Shown here in pieces: positions 36,620 through 47,400 of a stretch of 64,000 bases of DNA. The stretch is from an uncultured bacterium (GTDB taxonomy: Bacteria > Patescibacteriota > JAHJAL01). Numbering within the stretch: the stretch's first letter is position 1; every line of letters starts with the position of its first letter. The notes under the pieces are model-generated. The model did no database searches. It was not told where the DNA came from and saw nothing but the letters and a program-made list of their open reading frames with translations. Made by a program: the position numbers and the translations under genes. The stretch is taken from the NCBI GenBank assembly GCA_938004065.1, contig CALKWM010000020.1, forward strand, positions 1,813 to 65,812, given 5' to 3'.

Positions 36620-39600
36620 ATGAATAAAGTATTAGACAATAAAAAATCCAAAGTATCGGATGTGTTGCTGACTGAAATTGCCAAAGACGCAAAGATGTCG
36701 GTTGTATCCGCCTATTTTACAATATATGCTTTTGAGAAATTGAAAGAATCATTGTCGAAAATTGATTCTTTGCGGTTTTTGTTTGTGGAGCCGACTTTTA
36801 CCAAGGAGCAAGAAGAGATTCGGGAGTTTTATATCGACAAGCTCAATCGTGAAAAGCAATTGTCGGGAACGGAATATGAGATCAAGTTGAGAAATGAATT
36901 GACTCAGTCCAAAGTGGCGAAGGAATGTGCTGATTGGATAAGAAATAAAGTAGATTTTCGATCATTGAAGAAATCAGATCTTTCGCGGGCGAGAGCAATT
37001 CATGTCCAGAATCCTGATTCGGAGTTTATCGTGCAAGGAACGCTTGATTTTACTTCATCCGGATTGGGTTTTTCTACTTCCAACAAACTGGAAATGAATG
37101 TTTATTCTGATGATCAAGATGCAACCAAAGATATGTTGTCGTGGTTTGATGAAATTTGGAATAATGACAAGATGGTGGAGGATGTCAAAGAAGAGGTTTT
37201 AAAGAGTATTCAAACTATCTACAAAGAAAATACACCGGAGTTTGTTTATTTTGTTACTTTGTATAATTTATTTAAGAATTATCTGGATGAGTTGACGGAA
37301 GAAAATATTATCAAGTCGAGGACCGGTTTCAAGGATACGCTGATTTGGAATAAGTTATACAAGTTTCAGAAGGATGGAGTAATGGGAGTGATTGATAAGT
37401 TAGAAAAACACAATGGATGTATTTTGGCGGATAGTGTGGGTTTGGGAAAGACTTTTGAAGGTTTGGCGGTAATTAAATATTATGAATTGCGCAATCATCG
37501 AGTATTGGTTTTGTGTCCGAAAAAATTGAGGGACAATTGGATGATGTATCGGGCAAATGATGTGAGAAATGTTTTGGCAAATGATCGTTTTGGGTATGAT
37601 ATTTTGAATCATACTGATTTGAGTCGGACAAAGGGATTTTCCGGTGATATCAATTTGAGTACAGTGAATTGGGGTAATTATGATTTGGTCCTGATTGATG
37701 AATCGCATAATTTTAGAAATAATGATTCGCTAAAAAATAAAAAGACCAGATACAGAAGATTGATGGAAGATATTATTAGAAGCGGGGTCAAAACCAAGGT
37801 ATTGATGTTGTCGGCGACGCCGGTCAACAATCGGATGAATGATCTGAAGAATCAAATTGCTTTTATAACTGAGGCGAATGATAGCGCTTTGGTCCAAAAT
37901 GGAATTGTAAGCATTGGTAATACATTGAGAGTAGCTCAATATCAGTTTAATAAATGGCTGGAAAAACCGGTGGAAGAGCGAGGACTAGAATCGTTGTTGG
38001 CCAATCTGAATGTGGATTATTTCAAACTGTTGGATGCTTTGACGATTGCTCGTTCACGTAAACATATCGAGAAGTATTATGATTTGACGGAAGTGGGTAA
38101 ATTTCCGGACCGGTTGAAACCAAAAAATGTTAAAGCAAAAGTTGATTTGATTGGTGATTTTCCTAGTTTTGAAAATATTAATGATTCTATCAAACGATTG
38201 TCCTTGGCGATATATTCTCCTTTGCAATATGTGCGCTCGGATAAGGTCAAAAAATATCAAGAGAGATATGATATGGCGGTCAAAGATGGCACATCGACTT
38301 TCAAACAAACTGATCGTGAGAAAAATATTGTCAATTTGATGCGGGTAAATATTTTGAAGAGATTGGAAAGCTCAATTTATTCATATAATTTGACTTTGGG
38401 CAGATTGGCGGAAAAAATATCATCTTTACTGGCGACGATTGATTCATTTTCGGAATCGGAAAAATATGATTTGGATTTGGATGACGCGCCGGAAAGTATC
38501 GATGGTGATGATGAGCAATTGGAAGCGATGACGATTGGAAATAAAATAAGTGTGGAATTGGGTGATATGGATTTGATTCGATGGAAAGAAGATTTGGTGG
38601 ATGATTTGACGAGATTAAATGAATTGATAGAACAATCAAAACCGATTACGGCGGAAAGAGATGCAAAATTGGCGGAGCTAAAGAAATTGATTGCTGAAAA
38701 AATAAATAATCCAATCAATGATGGTAATAAGAAGATTGTAATTTTCAGTGCATTTGCTGATACGGCAGAGTATTTATACAAAGATATAGCTATCTGGGCG
38801 CAGGATACATTTAAAATTCATTCAGCCTTGGTAACCGGCGGAGGGTCTAATCAAACTACTTCCAAAGGAATTCAAACAGATTTGGGTAGTGTTTTGACCA
38901 ATTTTTCGCCGATATCAAAAGAGAAAGAAAAAATATATCCGGATGTCAAAGATGAGATAGATATTTTGATTGCTACTGATTGTGTATCGGAGGGTCAAAA
39001 TTTACAGGATTGTGATTGTTTGGTGAATTATGATATTCATTGGAATCCGGTTCGGATTATCCAAAGGTTTGGGCGTATTGATCGTATCGGATCAAAAAAT
39101 GATCGAATACAACTGGTGAATTTTTGGCCGGATATGGAACTGGATTCTTATATCAATCTGGAGCAACGGGTGCGAGGCAGAATGATTTTACTCAATGCTA
39201 ATGCGACTGGCGAGGAAGATATTATCAATGAGACTGACAAGGATGTGATGAATGATATTGAGTATCGCAAGAATCAATTGACGAGGTTGCAAGAAGAGGT
39301 ATTGGATCTGGAAGATATTTCCGGTAATATTTCGATTACTGATATGACGATGAATGATTTTAAGATGGATTTGATGGAGTATTTGAAAGATAATCGGAAA
39401 ATATTGGAGCAGGCTTCATTGGGAATGTATGCGATTGTGCCGAAAATTGATGCGATGGAAGAATTGTCATCCGGAGTTATTTTTACTTTGCGACAGGTGG
39501 ATTTTTCGGAGGCTAAATCGGGTGAGGCCAATGCTTTGCATCCATACTACATGGTTTATATTAGTGACGAAGGAGAAGTGAAATTAACTTATTTGCAGGC

Positions 39601-39877
39601 CAAGTATATTTTGGATATTTTCAAGAAGCTGTGCAATGGTGATGATGTTGTTCATCGAGATTTGGTGGAATTATTCAATCGGGAAACAAAGGAAGCCAAG
39701 GAGATGTACCATTATTCTCAATTACTTAAAGAATCGATTGAGCATATTATTGGAGAGAAGCAGGAAAAAGGCATGGGAGAACTTTTTGGCAGTCTGGGCA
39801 AGACTAATATCGCCAAAGACTCTTCACTGTCTTGGATTGATGATTTTGAGTTGATCTCATTTTTGATAATTAAATAA
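36620..39877 (+). CDS. SNF2/SWI2 helicase with N-terminal degenerate PLD-like domain
   Basis: Helicase motifs present are LADSVGLGKTFEGLAV, VLIDESHNFRNN, LMLSATPVNN and EGQNLQDCDCLVNYDIHWNPVRIIQRFGRIDRIGS. The N-terminal region aligns to the PLD domain of ORF 9828..13262, but the HKD motif reads AIHVQNPDSEFIVQGTLDFTSSG, with K changed to Q and GSxN degenerate. Confidence 0.8.
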   Translation: MNKVLDNKKSKVSDVLLTEIAKDAKMSVVSAYFTIYAFEKLKESLSKIDSLRFLFVEPTFTKEQEEIREFYIDKLNREKQLSGTEYEIKLRNELTQSKVAKECADWIRNKVDFRSLKKSDLSRARAIHVQNPDSEFIVQGTLDFTSSGLGFSTSNKLEMNVYSDDQDATKDMLSWFDEIWNNDKMVEDVKEEVLKSIQTIYKENTPEFVYFVTLYNLFKNYLDELTEENIIKSRTGFKDTLIWNKLYKFQKDGVMGVIDKLEKHNGCILADSVGLGKTFEGLAVIKYYELRNHRVLVLCPKKLRDNWMMYRANDVRNVLANDRFGYDILNHTDLSRTKGFSGDINLSTVNWGNYDLVLIDESHNFRNNDSLKNKKTRYRRLMEDIIRSGVKTKVLMLSATPVNNRMNDLKNQIAFITEANDSALVQNGIVSIGNTLRVAQYQFNKWLEKPVEERGLESLLANLNVDYFKLLDALTIARSRKHIEKYYDLTEVGKFPDRLKPKNVKAKVDLIGDFPSFENINDSIKRLSLAIYSPLQYVRSDKVKKYQERYDMAVKDGTSTFKQTDREKNIVNLMRVNILKRLESSIYSYNLTLGRLAEKISSLLATIDSFSESEKYDLDLDDAPESIDGDDEQLEAMTIGNKISVELGDMDLIRWKEDLVDDLTRLNELIEQSKPITAERDAKLAELKKLIAEKINNPINDGNKKIVIFSAFADTAEYLYKDIAIWAQDTFKIHSALVTGGGSNQTTSKGIQTDLGSVLTNFSPISKEKEKIYPDVKDEIDILIATDCVSEGQNLQDCDCLVNYDIHWNPVRIIQRFGRIDRIGSKNDRIQLVNFWPDMELDSYINLEQRVRGRMILLNANATGEEDIINETDKDVMNDIEYRKNQLTRLQEEVLDLEDISGNISITDMTMNDFKMDLMEYLKDNRKILEQASLGMYAIVPKIDAMEELSSGVIFTLRQVDFSEAKSGEANALHPYYMVYISDEGEVKLTYLQAKYILDIFKKLCNGDDVVHRDLVELFNRETKEAKEMYHYSQLLKESIEHIIGEKQEKGMGELFGSLGKTNIAKDSSLSWIDDFELISFLIIK

Positions 39878-39878
39878 A

Positions 39879-40670
39879 ATGAAGGAACGGGTAATACAAT
39901 TGTTGGGATTGAGACGGGATAAGATTTTGCAAGATGCCAAGATTGCCAAGAGTAAATTTTATGAGTTGGATGATTTTGATAATAAAAAGAAAAGGATTTT
40001 TACTGATGAGATAGAGGAAATTACTTTGTTGGCGATTCTCAATGAGGATACGATCAATATTGCTTCCCACAAAGACAATGAGGTGAATTATAGTGAGGTT
40101 TATTTTGTTTATGTAGAATTGAAGAAGGTGAATAGTGTTGTCGGTATAATCGAGGCGATGCAAAAGAATATTCCCAATCCGGTGGTGTTGATTTTTGGTT
40201 GGCATGACAAGATTTGTGTGGCGACGGCGCGGAAGCGGTTGAGTTTGAATGAGAAGGGCAAACAGGTGATCGAGAGTGAGCAGATAACCGGTTGGCTGTC
40301 ATTGGTGGAGTCGACACAGTTGGAAAAAGAATATTTGGGAGGTCTGAATATAGCCAATTTTTCTTTTTTGAATTTGTACGATTTTTATCAGGAATTTTCG
40401 TTGTACGTCTATCAGTCTATTTTGTTGTCATTTGTGTCGGAATTTCATTTTTATAAAAGTTTAGTTATTGAGGATATAAAGCCGAATATTGATAGGTATT
40501 TGGCTAAGCAAGCGGAAGTGAAACGATTGCGGGAGGAAGAATCGGCGACGATAAATTTTGGGGACCGGATTGCGATTCATCAAAGATTGATTCAGGCAGA
40601 GAAAGAGGAGGGGGAATCAAAGGAATTGATTAAAAAGATGTTTGAGAAAAATTTAGATAATGGTAAATAA
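39879..40670 (+). CDS. DUF4391-like protein, assigned by size and context
   Basis: A 263-aa ORF immediately after the SNF2 gene and overlapping the Mod start. This is the position DUF4391 proteins occupy in SNF2/Type III-like loci. The call is not verifiable without a profile search. Confidence 0.4.
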   Translation: MKERVIQLLGLRRDKILQDAKIAKSKFYELDDFDNKKKRIFTDEIEEITLLAILNEDTINIASHKDNEVNYSEVYFVYVELKKVNSVVGIIEAMQKNIPNPVVLIFGWHDKICVATARKRLSLNEKGKQVIESEQITGWLSLVESTQLEKEYLGGLNIANFSFLNLYDFYQEFSLYVYQSILLSFVSEFHFYKSLVIEDIKPNIDRYLAKQAEVKRLREEESATINFGDRIAIHQRLIQAEKEEGESKELIKKMFEKNLDNGK

Positions 40671-42630
40671 TAACAATATGAAAAAAATTGATGGTAAGAC
40701 AAGTGATTTGATTGGAGAAAATATTGAGAAGTTGAAACAACTTTTTCCTGAGATCTGGGAGGAGGGGAAAGTTGATTTTGAAATGTTGAAAAAGATATTG
40801 GGTGAGAAAGTGGAAACGGAGCGGGAGAGATATAGTTTTACTTGGCATGGCAAGTCGGACGCGATCCGGATGGCTTTGAAACAATCGACGGGGACTTTGA
40901 GGCCGAAGAAGGCGGAGAGTAAGAATTGGGATAAGACGAATAATCTGTATATTGAGGGTGATAATCTGGAGGTGTTGCGGGTGTTGCAGGATAGTTATCG
41001 AGGGAAGGTGAAGATGATTTATATTGATCCGCCGTACAATACGGGGAAGGATTTTGTGTATGAGGATGATTTTGCGGATAATATCAAGAATTATAAGGAG
41101 AAGGTGGGGGATAGTTTGAAGGCAAATGCGGATTCTAGTGGGCGGAAGCATACGAATTGGTTGAATATGATGTATCCGCGGTTGCGGTTGGCGAGGAATT
41201 TGTTGAAGGATGATGGGGTGATTTTTATTTCGATTGATGATAATGAGCAGGCGAATTTGAAGAAGGTTTGTGATGAGATTTTTGGGGAGGAGAATTTTGT
41301 TTCATTATTTCCACGAATAACAAAAAAAGCTGGTAAGACTACTGAAGGTGTTGCAAAAAATAATGATTATATACTTTGTTATGGCAGAATAGCTAATATG
41401 GTTAAATTTAATTCTTTTGAAATTAACGATGATGGTTATAAACATATAGATGAACACGAGGCGCTTAGAGGTAAGTATAAATTGAGTCAGACACTTGATT
41501 ACGGTTCGATACAGTATTCACCATCTTTAGATTATGAAATAGAAATAGATGGACATATTTTGAGACCGGGAGGAGTATCGAGGGAAGAAATGGAAGAACG
41601 AAAAAAACGGAATCCTTCGAGTGATTTTTGTTGGAGGTGGTCTAGTGATTTATATAAATTTGGCTTAAAAGAAGGTTTTATTGTTTTGAGGAAATCTAAG
41701 GATGGATATAGAATTTATACAAAAACTTATGAAAATGTTTTCATAAACAAGAATCAAGATGGTTATTATTTAGAAGAAAAAGAGCGAACAAAATTAGTAA
41801 CATCTTTGGATTTTGTTGAAAATAAATATTCGAACGATAATTCTAGAAAAGATTTAGCAAATATTTTCGATTCGAATGTTTTTGATTATTCAAAGCCAAT
41901 TTCATTATTAAAAATACTTACTTATTTAGCAACCGAAAAATTTGATTTTGTTTTCGATTTTTTCTCTGGTTCGGCAACTACTGCTCAGGCGGTGATGCAG
42001 TTGAATGCGGAGGATGGGGGGAATAGGAAGTTTGTTATGGTCCAGTTGTTGGAAGTTACGTCGGAGGATAGTGAGGCGAGAAAGGCGGGGTATAAGAATA
42101 TTTGTGAGATTGGGAAGGAGAGGATTAGGCGGGCGGGGGAGAAGATTGTGAATGAGTTGAGGGAGAAGCAGACGGGGCAGGGGAAGTTGATTGATAATGG
42201 GGAGAAGGTTGTCGATCCGGATGGTTTGGATATTGGGTTTAAAGTGTTTGAGTTGGATGAGACCAATTTTACGCAGTGGGACGCGAATACGCAGGATATT
42301 GAGAAGTCTTTGATGGATCAGTTGACACCGATCAAGATGGACCGAACGGATGAGGATGCGGTTTATGAGATTATGTTGAAATATGGAGTTGATTTGACAA
42401 TGCCGATTGAGGAGCTGGGGTTGGCGGGAAAGAAAGTTTTTTCGTTAGCCGGTAATTATCTTTTGATTTGTTTGGAGAAGCAGATTGGTTTGGAGACGGT
42501 TGAGGAAATGGCGAAGCTGAGTCCGCATCGGGCGGTTTTTTATGATGATGGTTTTGCGGATGATACGGTTAAAGCCAACGCGGAGCAGACTTTGAAGAAG
42601 GCGGGGGTTGAGGAGATATTGGTGATTTAA
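40660..42630 (+). CDS. Type III restriction-modification Mod-like N6-adenine DNA methyltransferase
   Basis: MIYIDPPYNTGKDFVYEDDF (motif IV DPPY) precedes the C-terminal FFSGSATTAQA (motif I). This beta-like order and the length are typical of Mod proteins. Confidence 0.85.
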   Translation: MVNNNNMKKIDGKTSDLIGENIEKLKQLFPEIWEEGKVDFEMLKKILGEKVETERERYSFTWHGKSDAIRMALKQSTGTLRPKKAESKNWDKTNNLYIEGDNLEVLRVLQDSYRGKVKMIYIDPPYNTGKDFVYEDDFADNIKNYKEKVGDSLKANADSSGRKHTNWLNMMYPRLRLARNLLKDDGVIFISIDDNEQANLKKVCDEIFGEENFVSLFPRITKKAGKTTEGVAKNNDYILCYGRIANMVKFNSFEINDDGYKHIDEHEALRGKYKLSQTLDYGSIQYSPSLDYEIEIDGHILRPGGVSREEMEERKKRNPSSDFCWRWSSDLYKFGLKEGFIVLRKSKDGYRIYTKTYENVFINKNQDGYYLEEKERTKLVTSLDFVENKYSNDNSRKDLANIFDSNVFDYSKPISLLKILTYLATEKFDFVFDFFSGSATTAQAVMQLNAEDGGNRKFVMVQLLEVTSEDSEARKAGYKNICEIGKERIRRAGEKIVNELREKQTGQGKLIDNGEKVVDPDGLDIGFKVFELDETNFTQWDANTQDIEKSLMDQLTPIKMDRTDEDAVYEIMLKYGVDLTMPIEELGLAGKKVFSLAGNYLLICLEKQIGLETVEEMAKLSPHRAVFYDDGFADDTVKANAEQTLKKAGVEEILVI

Positions 42631-42640
42631 TAAAAAAAGT

Positions 42641-44323
42641 ATGAATCAAAAAGAAGTTGAAAATATATTGAATTTGCTACGAGAAAAGAATGAATTGTCT
42701 TATGTTGAGGCAAAGGATTCTTTAGCTGATAAAAATAAAATAGGCGAAACTATTTCTGCTTTGTGTAATTCGGCTAGCTATTCTGACCAAGAGTATGCTT
42801 ATTTGATTTGGGGGATTGAAGATACTACTTGGAATTTGGTTGATACCAAGTTTGATCTTGAAAAATGTGTGCAAGGTAAAAGCGGATTTATATACCCTCA
42901 AATTATTAGTGCATTTAATTATAAACCTAAGCTCAAATGTGGAGAATTTTGGGTTGACGGTAAACGATTATATGTTTTGCGGATCAAAAATGCTGGATCA
43001 AATCCGTTATATTTTAATAAAATTGCATATATCAGAATTGGAGAGGTTATTGATGAACTTTGTGATCATCCTGAAATACAAAAGTATTTGATAAACAAAG
43101 ATGTTGATTGGAGCGGCCAGGTACCTGAAGGTTCTGAGTTGGATTGGATAGATGAGAAGTCTTTTGATTCTTTGAGTGAGAAGTATTTCGATATTAAGGA
43201 AAACAAGAATAAACATTTAAATAAAGTGCAACTTCTGAATGCATTGTCTTTATTGGATAAGAATAATAAACCAAACAATACTTGTTTGTTATTTATTGGT
43301 AAAAAAGAGATTATTGATAAAGTTTTTGGTGGTAAAAATAAAATTACTTGGGTTTATAGAGATGAGTTGAATGATATTGAAGAGAGGGTGCCAGCTGGTG
43401 ATCAAAGTCGTCCGTTGATTTTGGGTTTGTACGAAATACTCAACAAGATAAATAAATTCAATGTTACTTTGCGCGATTTGGATTTATTCAGGAATGATGT
43501 GTTGCAATATGACAATAAAGCTATTGAAGAAATATTAGTGAATGCGATTGCTCACAGGGATTGGAATATTGATTTGTGGATTGAGGTAAAACAAACACCG
43601 ATTAGTTTGGAGATAATAAATCCTGGTCGTTTTAGAGCTGATTTAAACAAAGTCTTGTCGGAGAATAAAAGACCGGTTTATTTGAATAAAAATTTGGCAG
43701 AATTTCTAAGTCGTATAAACCTTATGGAAAAAGAGGGTGGTGGTTTAAGAAAAGTGTATGAATCTCAAATTAGAAAGGGATTAAGCGTTATTCCCAAGTT
43801 TGATAATGAAAGCGTAGAACCGAGAGTCGATTTTATTTTGAGTGGAAGAGTAAGAAATAATGATTTTGCTCGTTTTATGTTTTTGTCTAGAGATTTAACA
43901 CAGGACCAAGTTATTGTTTTAGATAAAATATATTCTGGAAAGAATATATTTGGAAAAGATGTCGACGAGCGAGAATTTAATATAGTGAGAAATTTAGTTA
44001 CTAAGACCGGAAAGGGTGGTTCGGTTTTGAAAATTCAAGAGGGAATATTAAAAAAATCAAAGTTGTATATTGATAGTTTTTCTAATACTTATGCTAGTAC
44101 TGGTACTTTGAGAACAATTATTTTAGATTATGCAAGTAAGGACGATCAATTTTCCGTTGTTGAAATTTATGGAATTTTAAAAGGAAAAAATAAGGCTTGG
44201 ATAAGACAAACTCTTATGAAAATGGTTAATGATGGTGTTTTGCGTAGAGTCCAAAGGGGTATCTATAGTCTAGTTAGGTTACCAAACAAACTAAACGGAA
44301 AAACTAACAAAGAAAATAACTAA
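42641..44323 (+). CDS. AlbA_2/Schlafen-like putative DNA-binding ATP-dependent regulator
   Basis: The N-terminal ELSYVEAKDSL...YLIWGIED matches the AlbA_2 (divergent Schlafen) domain. It sits between Mod and Res. Confidence 0.55.
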   Translation: MNQKEVENILNLLREKNELSYVEAKDSLADKNKIGETISALCNSASYSDQEYAYLIWGIEDTTWNLVDTKFDLEKCVQGKSGFIYPQIISAFNYKPKLKCGEFWVDGKRLYVLRIKNAGSNPLYFNKIAYIRIGEVIDELCDHPEIQKYLINKDVDWSGQVPEGSELDWIDEKSFDSLSEKYFDIKENKNKHLNKVQLLNALSLLDKNNKPNNTCLLFIGKKEIIDKVFGGKNKITWVYRDELNDIEERVPAGDQSRPLILGLYEILNKINKFNVTLRDLDLFRNDVLQYDNKAIEEILVNAIAHRDWNIDLWIEVKQTPISLEIINPGRFRADLNKVLSENKRPVYLNKNLAEFLSRINLMEKEGGGLRKVYESQIRKGLSVIPKFDNESVEPRVDFILSGRVRNNDFARFMFLSRDLTQDQVIVLDKIYSGKNIFGKDVDEREFNIVRNLVTKTGKGGSVLKIQEGILKKSKLYIDSFSNTYASTGTLRTIILDYASKDDQFSVVEIYGILKGKNKAWIRQTLMKMVNDGVLRRVQRGIYSLVRLPNKLNGKTNKENN

Positions 44324-44406
44324 AATACATTTTTACTCTGTTGCTGGACCTAACAGACTAAACTTGACTAAACAATTTATAAACATAATTATATATTTAT
44401 GTCAAT

Positions 44407-47400
44407 ATGACAAAATTAAAATTACAATTTGATGCCAATCAGGAATTTCAAAAACAAGCTGTGGATGCGATAGTTGATGTTTTTGACGGGCAACCTTTGA
44501 AGCAATCAAAGTTTACAGTATCGGTGGCGGATGGTTCGTTGTTTGGTAAGAATACGGAGTTGGGATATGCAAATAAGTTGGATTTGATACCGGAAGATTT
44601 GTTTAAGAATGTTATCAAGATTCAGGACCGGAATCATTTGAAAAGAAGTGAAGGTTTGTTGGATGCGGATTATGGAGTGCCAAACTTTGCGATTGAGATG
44701 GAGACGGGGACAGGCAAAACTTATGTATATACGCGGACGATATTGGAATTGAATAATAAATACGGTTTTACCAAATTTATCGTCGTGGTCCCGAGTGTGG
44801 CTATCCGTGAAGGTGTGAATAAATCTTTGGATATTACCAAGGATCATTTTGAAGAATTGTATCAAGGCCAGAAGTTCAATTATTTTGTGTATAATTCGGA
44901 TCGTTTGACGGAGGTGCGTAATTTTGCGACCAGTGATTCAATCGAAATTATGGTTATCAATATTGATGCATTTCGTAAAGGTTTTGAAGAGGATAACAAG
45001 AGTAACAAGAATGCGACAAGGATACACAAAGAACAGGACAAGCTGGAAGGGCGACGGCCGATTGAATTTATTCGTGATACCAATCCAATTGTGATTATTG
45101 ATGAGCCACAGTCGGTTGATAATACCGAGAAATCCAAAGAAGCAATCAAGGCGCTCAATCCAATGTGTATCGTGCGTTATTCGGCTACTCATAGAAATAC
45201 TTATAATCTGATGTATAGGCTTGGTCCGATCGAGGCTTATGAAAATAAATTGGTCAAAAAGATTGAAGTGGTAGCGGTGGAAGGAATAGGTAGTGGTCCG
45301 TATATGAAGTTGGAAAAAGTGCAAAAAGCGCCTAATGGATCGTATTCGGCGGATGTGGTATTGAGCGTGTTGGATAAAAAAGGCGAAGCAAAAACGAAGA
45401 GAGTAAAAATCAATACCGGTAAGCGTAAGAGTTTTTTTGATGTGTCTGGACAAAATGAGATATACAGAAATTATGTGGTAACAAATATCAGTATTGAATC
45501 CGGAATGGAATATATTGAGTTTGAGACGGGTGATATCTTGAAGCTGAATCAAAATACAGATGATTTGGAAATTAAGCGTACTCAAATCAGGTCCACTATC
45601 GAATCGCATTTGGAAAAGGAATTGAGATTGTTGGATAAAAATATCAAAGTCTTGTCACTTTTCTTTTTGGACCGAGTAAATAATTATCGAGAGTATCTTA
45701 ATGAAGGTGGATTCAAGAAGGGAAGATATGCGCAGATTTTTGAGGAAGAATATTTGAAGATAATTAAATTGCCAAAGTATAATCAACTTTTTGTAACTGA
45801 AAAATCCAAACAATATGCTTTGTGTGAGGATGTTGACAAGATTCATGATGGATATTTTGCGCAGGACAAGAAAGGTATATTCAAAGAATCGCGGGGTGAA
45901 GGTGCAAGTCAAGCGGATGAGAGCGCTTATGATTTGATTATGAAGGACAAAGAAACGCTTTTGAGTTTTGATACGCCATTGCGCTTTATTTTTTCACATT
46001 CGGCTTTGAAAGAAGGCTGGGACAATCCGAATGTGTTTCAGATTTGTACTTTGGTGGAGAGTGCGGACACTATGACCAAAAGACAGAAGGTGGGGCGTGG
46101 TTTGCGTTTGCCGGTCAATCAATCAGGAGAGCGGATATTTGATGACAATATCAATATTTTGACGGTGGTGGCTAATGAAAGTTACCATAGCTTTGCCGAG
46201 AATTTGCAAAAGGAGATTGAAAAAGATACCAATACCAAATTTGGAGTAGTGGAAGAGCGATTGTTTGAGAATATATTGTTCGAAAAAGAAGGGAAAGTCG
46301 GAGAGCTGGGATATGAAGAGTCAAAAGAAATATGTGAATATTTGAGAGAGCAAGGCTGGGTGGACAAAAATGGTAAGGTAAAGGACGAATTGAGGCAAAT
46401 AGTGGCTCGGGAAGAAAGTGGCGAAGATGCCTTGGTTTTGCCGATGAAGTTTGCGTCAATCAAAAAGAAAATAGTGGAACAGATAAAGACTACATTGAAA
46501 CGATTGCCAATAGTAGATAGCAAAAAGAAAGAAAAGGTATCGATCAATAAGCAGGTATTTATGAGTGATGATTTTGTGGAGTTGTGGAATAGGATCAAAT
46601 ACAAGACCGTCTATCATCTGGATTTTGATAGTAAAATATTGGTTGAAAATTGTATTCATGAGGTCCGAAAGATGCCGGAAATCAAATCAAATGCGATTGT
46701 GGCGCGCTGGATTGATTTGGAGATTAACAAAAGGGGTGTGACATTTAATGAACCAACAATGATTCGTAATTATGTGCGTGATAAATATGATCAAAAACAA
46801 TTGCCGGATATTTTGCGTTATGTTGCCACGTATACCGGACTCAAAAAACGATCGATTGCGGATATTTTACTAAGGTCCCAGACCATAGATGCTTTTTATA
46901 TCAATCCGCAAGAATACATGGAGCAAGTGATTCAGATAATCAATATTGAGAAAAGAAAGTTGATTGTGGACGGTATCAAGTATGACAAGATTTGTGACGA
47001 TGTTTTTTATCAGCAAGAATTGTTTGAAAATGAGGAGTTGATTGGTTATCTCAAGGACAATGCCATTCAGGTAGGAAAGAGTGTTTATTCTCATGTTATT
47101 TATGATTCAGATATAGAGATGACTTTTGCCGAAAGACTGGAAAATGATGCTGATGTAAAACTTTATGCCAAATTACCCGATTGGTTCAAAATTGAAACTC
47201 CATTGGGTGATTACAATCCGGATTGGGCGATTTTGCTGGAGAAGAATGGAGTAGAGAAATTGTATTTTGTGATCGAGACAAAAGGGTCTATTTTGTCGGA
47301 AGATTTACGACCGATAGAGCAGGGGAAGATAGAATGTGGACAGAAGCATTTTGAGGCGCTGGGGACCGGAGTGAAGTTTGAGAAGGTGAGGAGTTATGAG

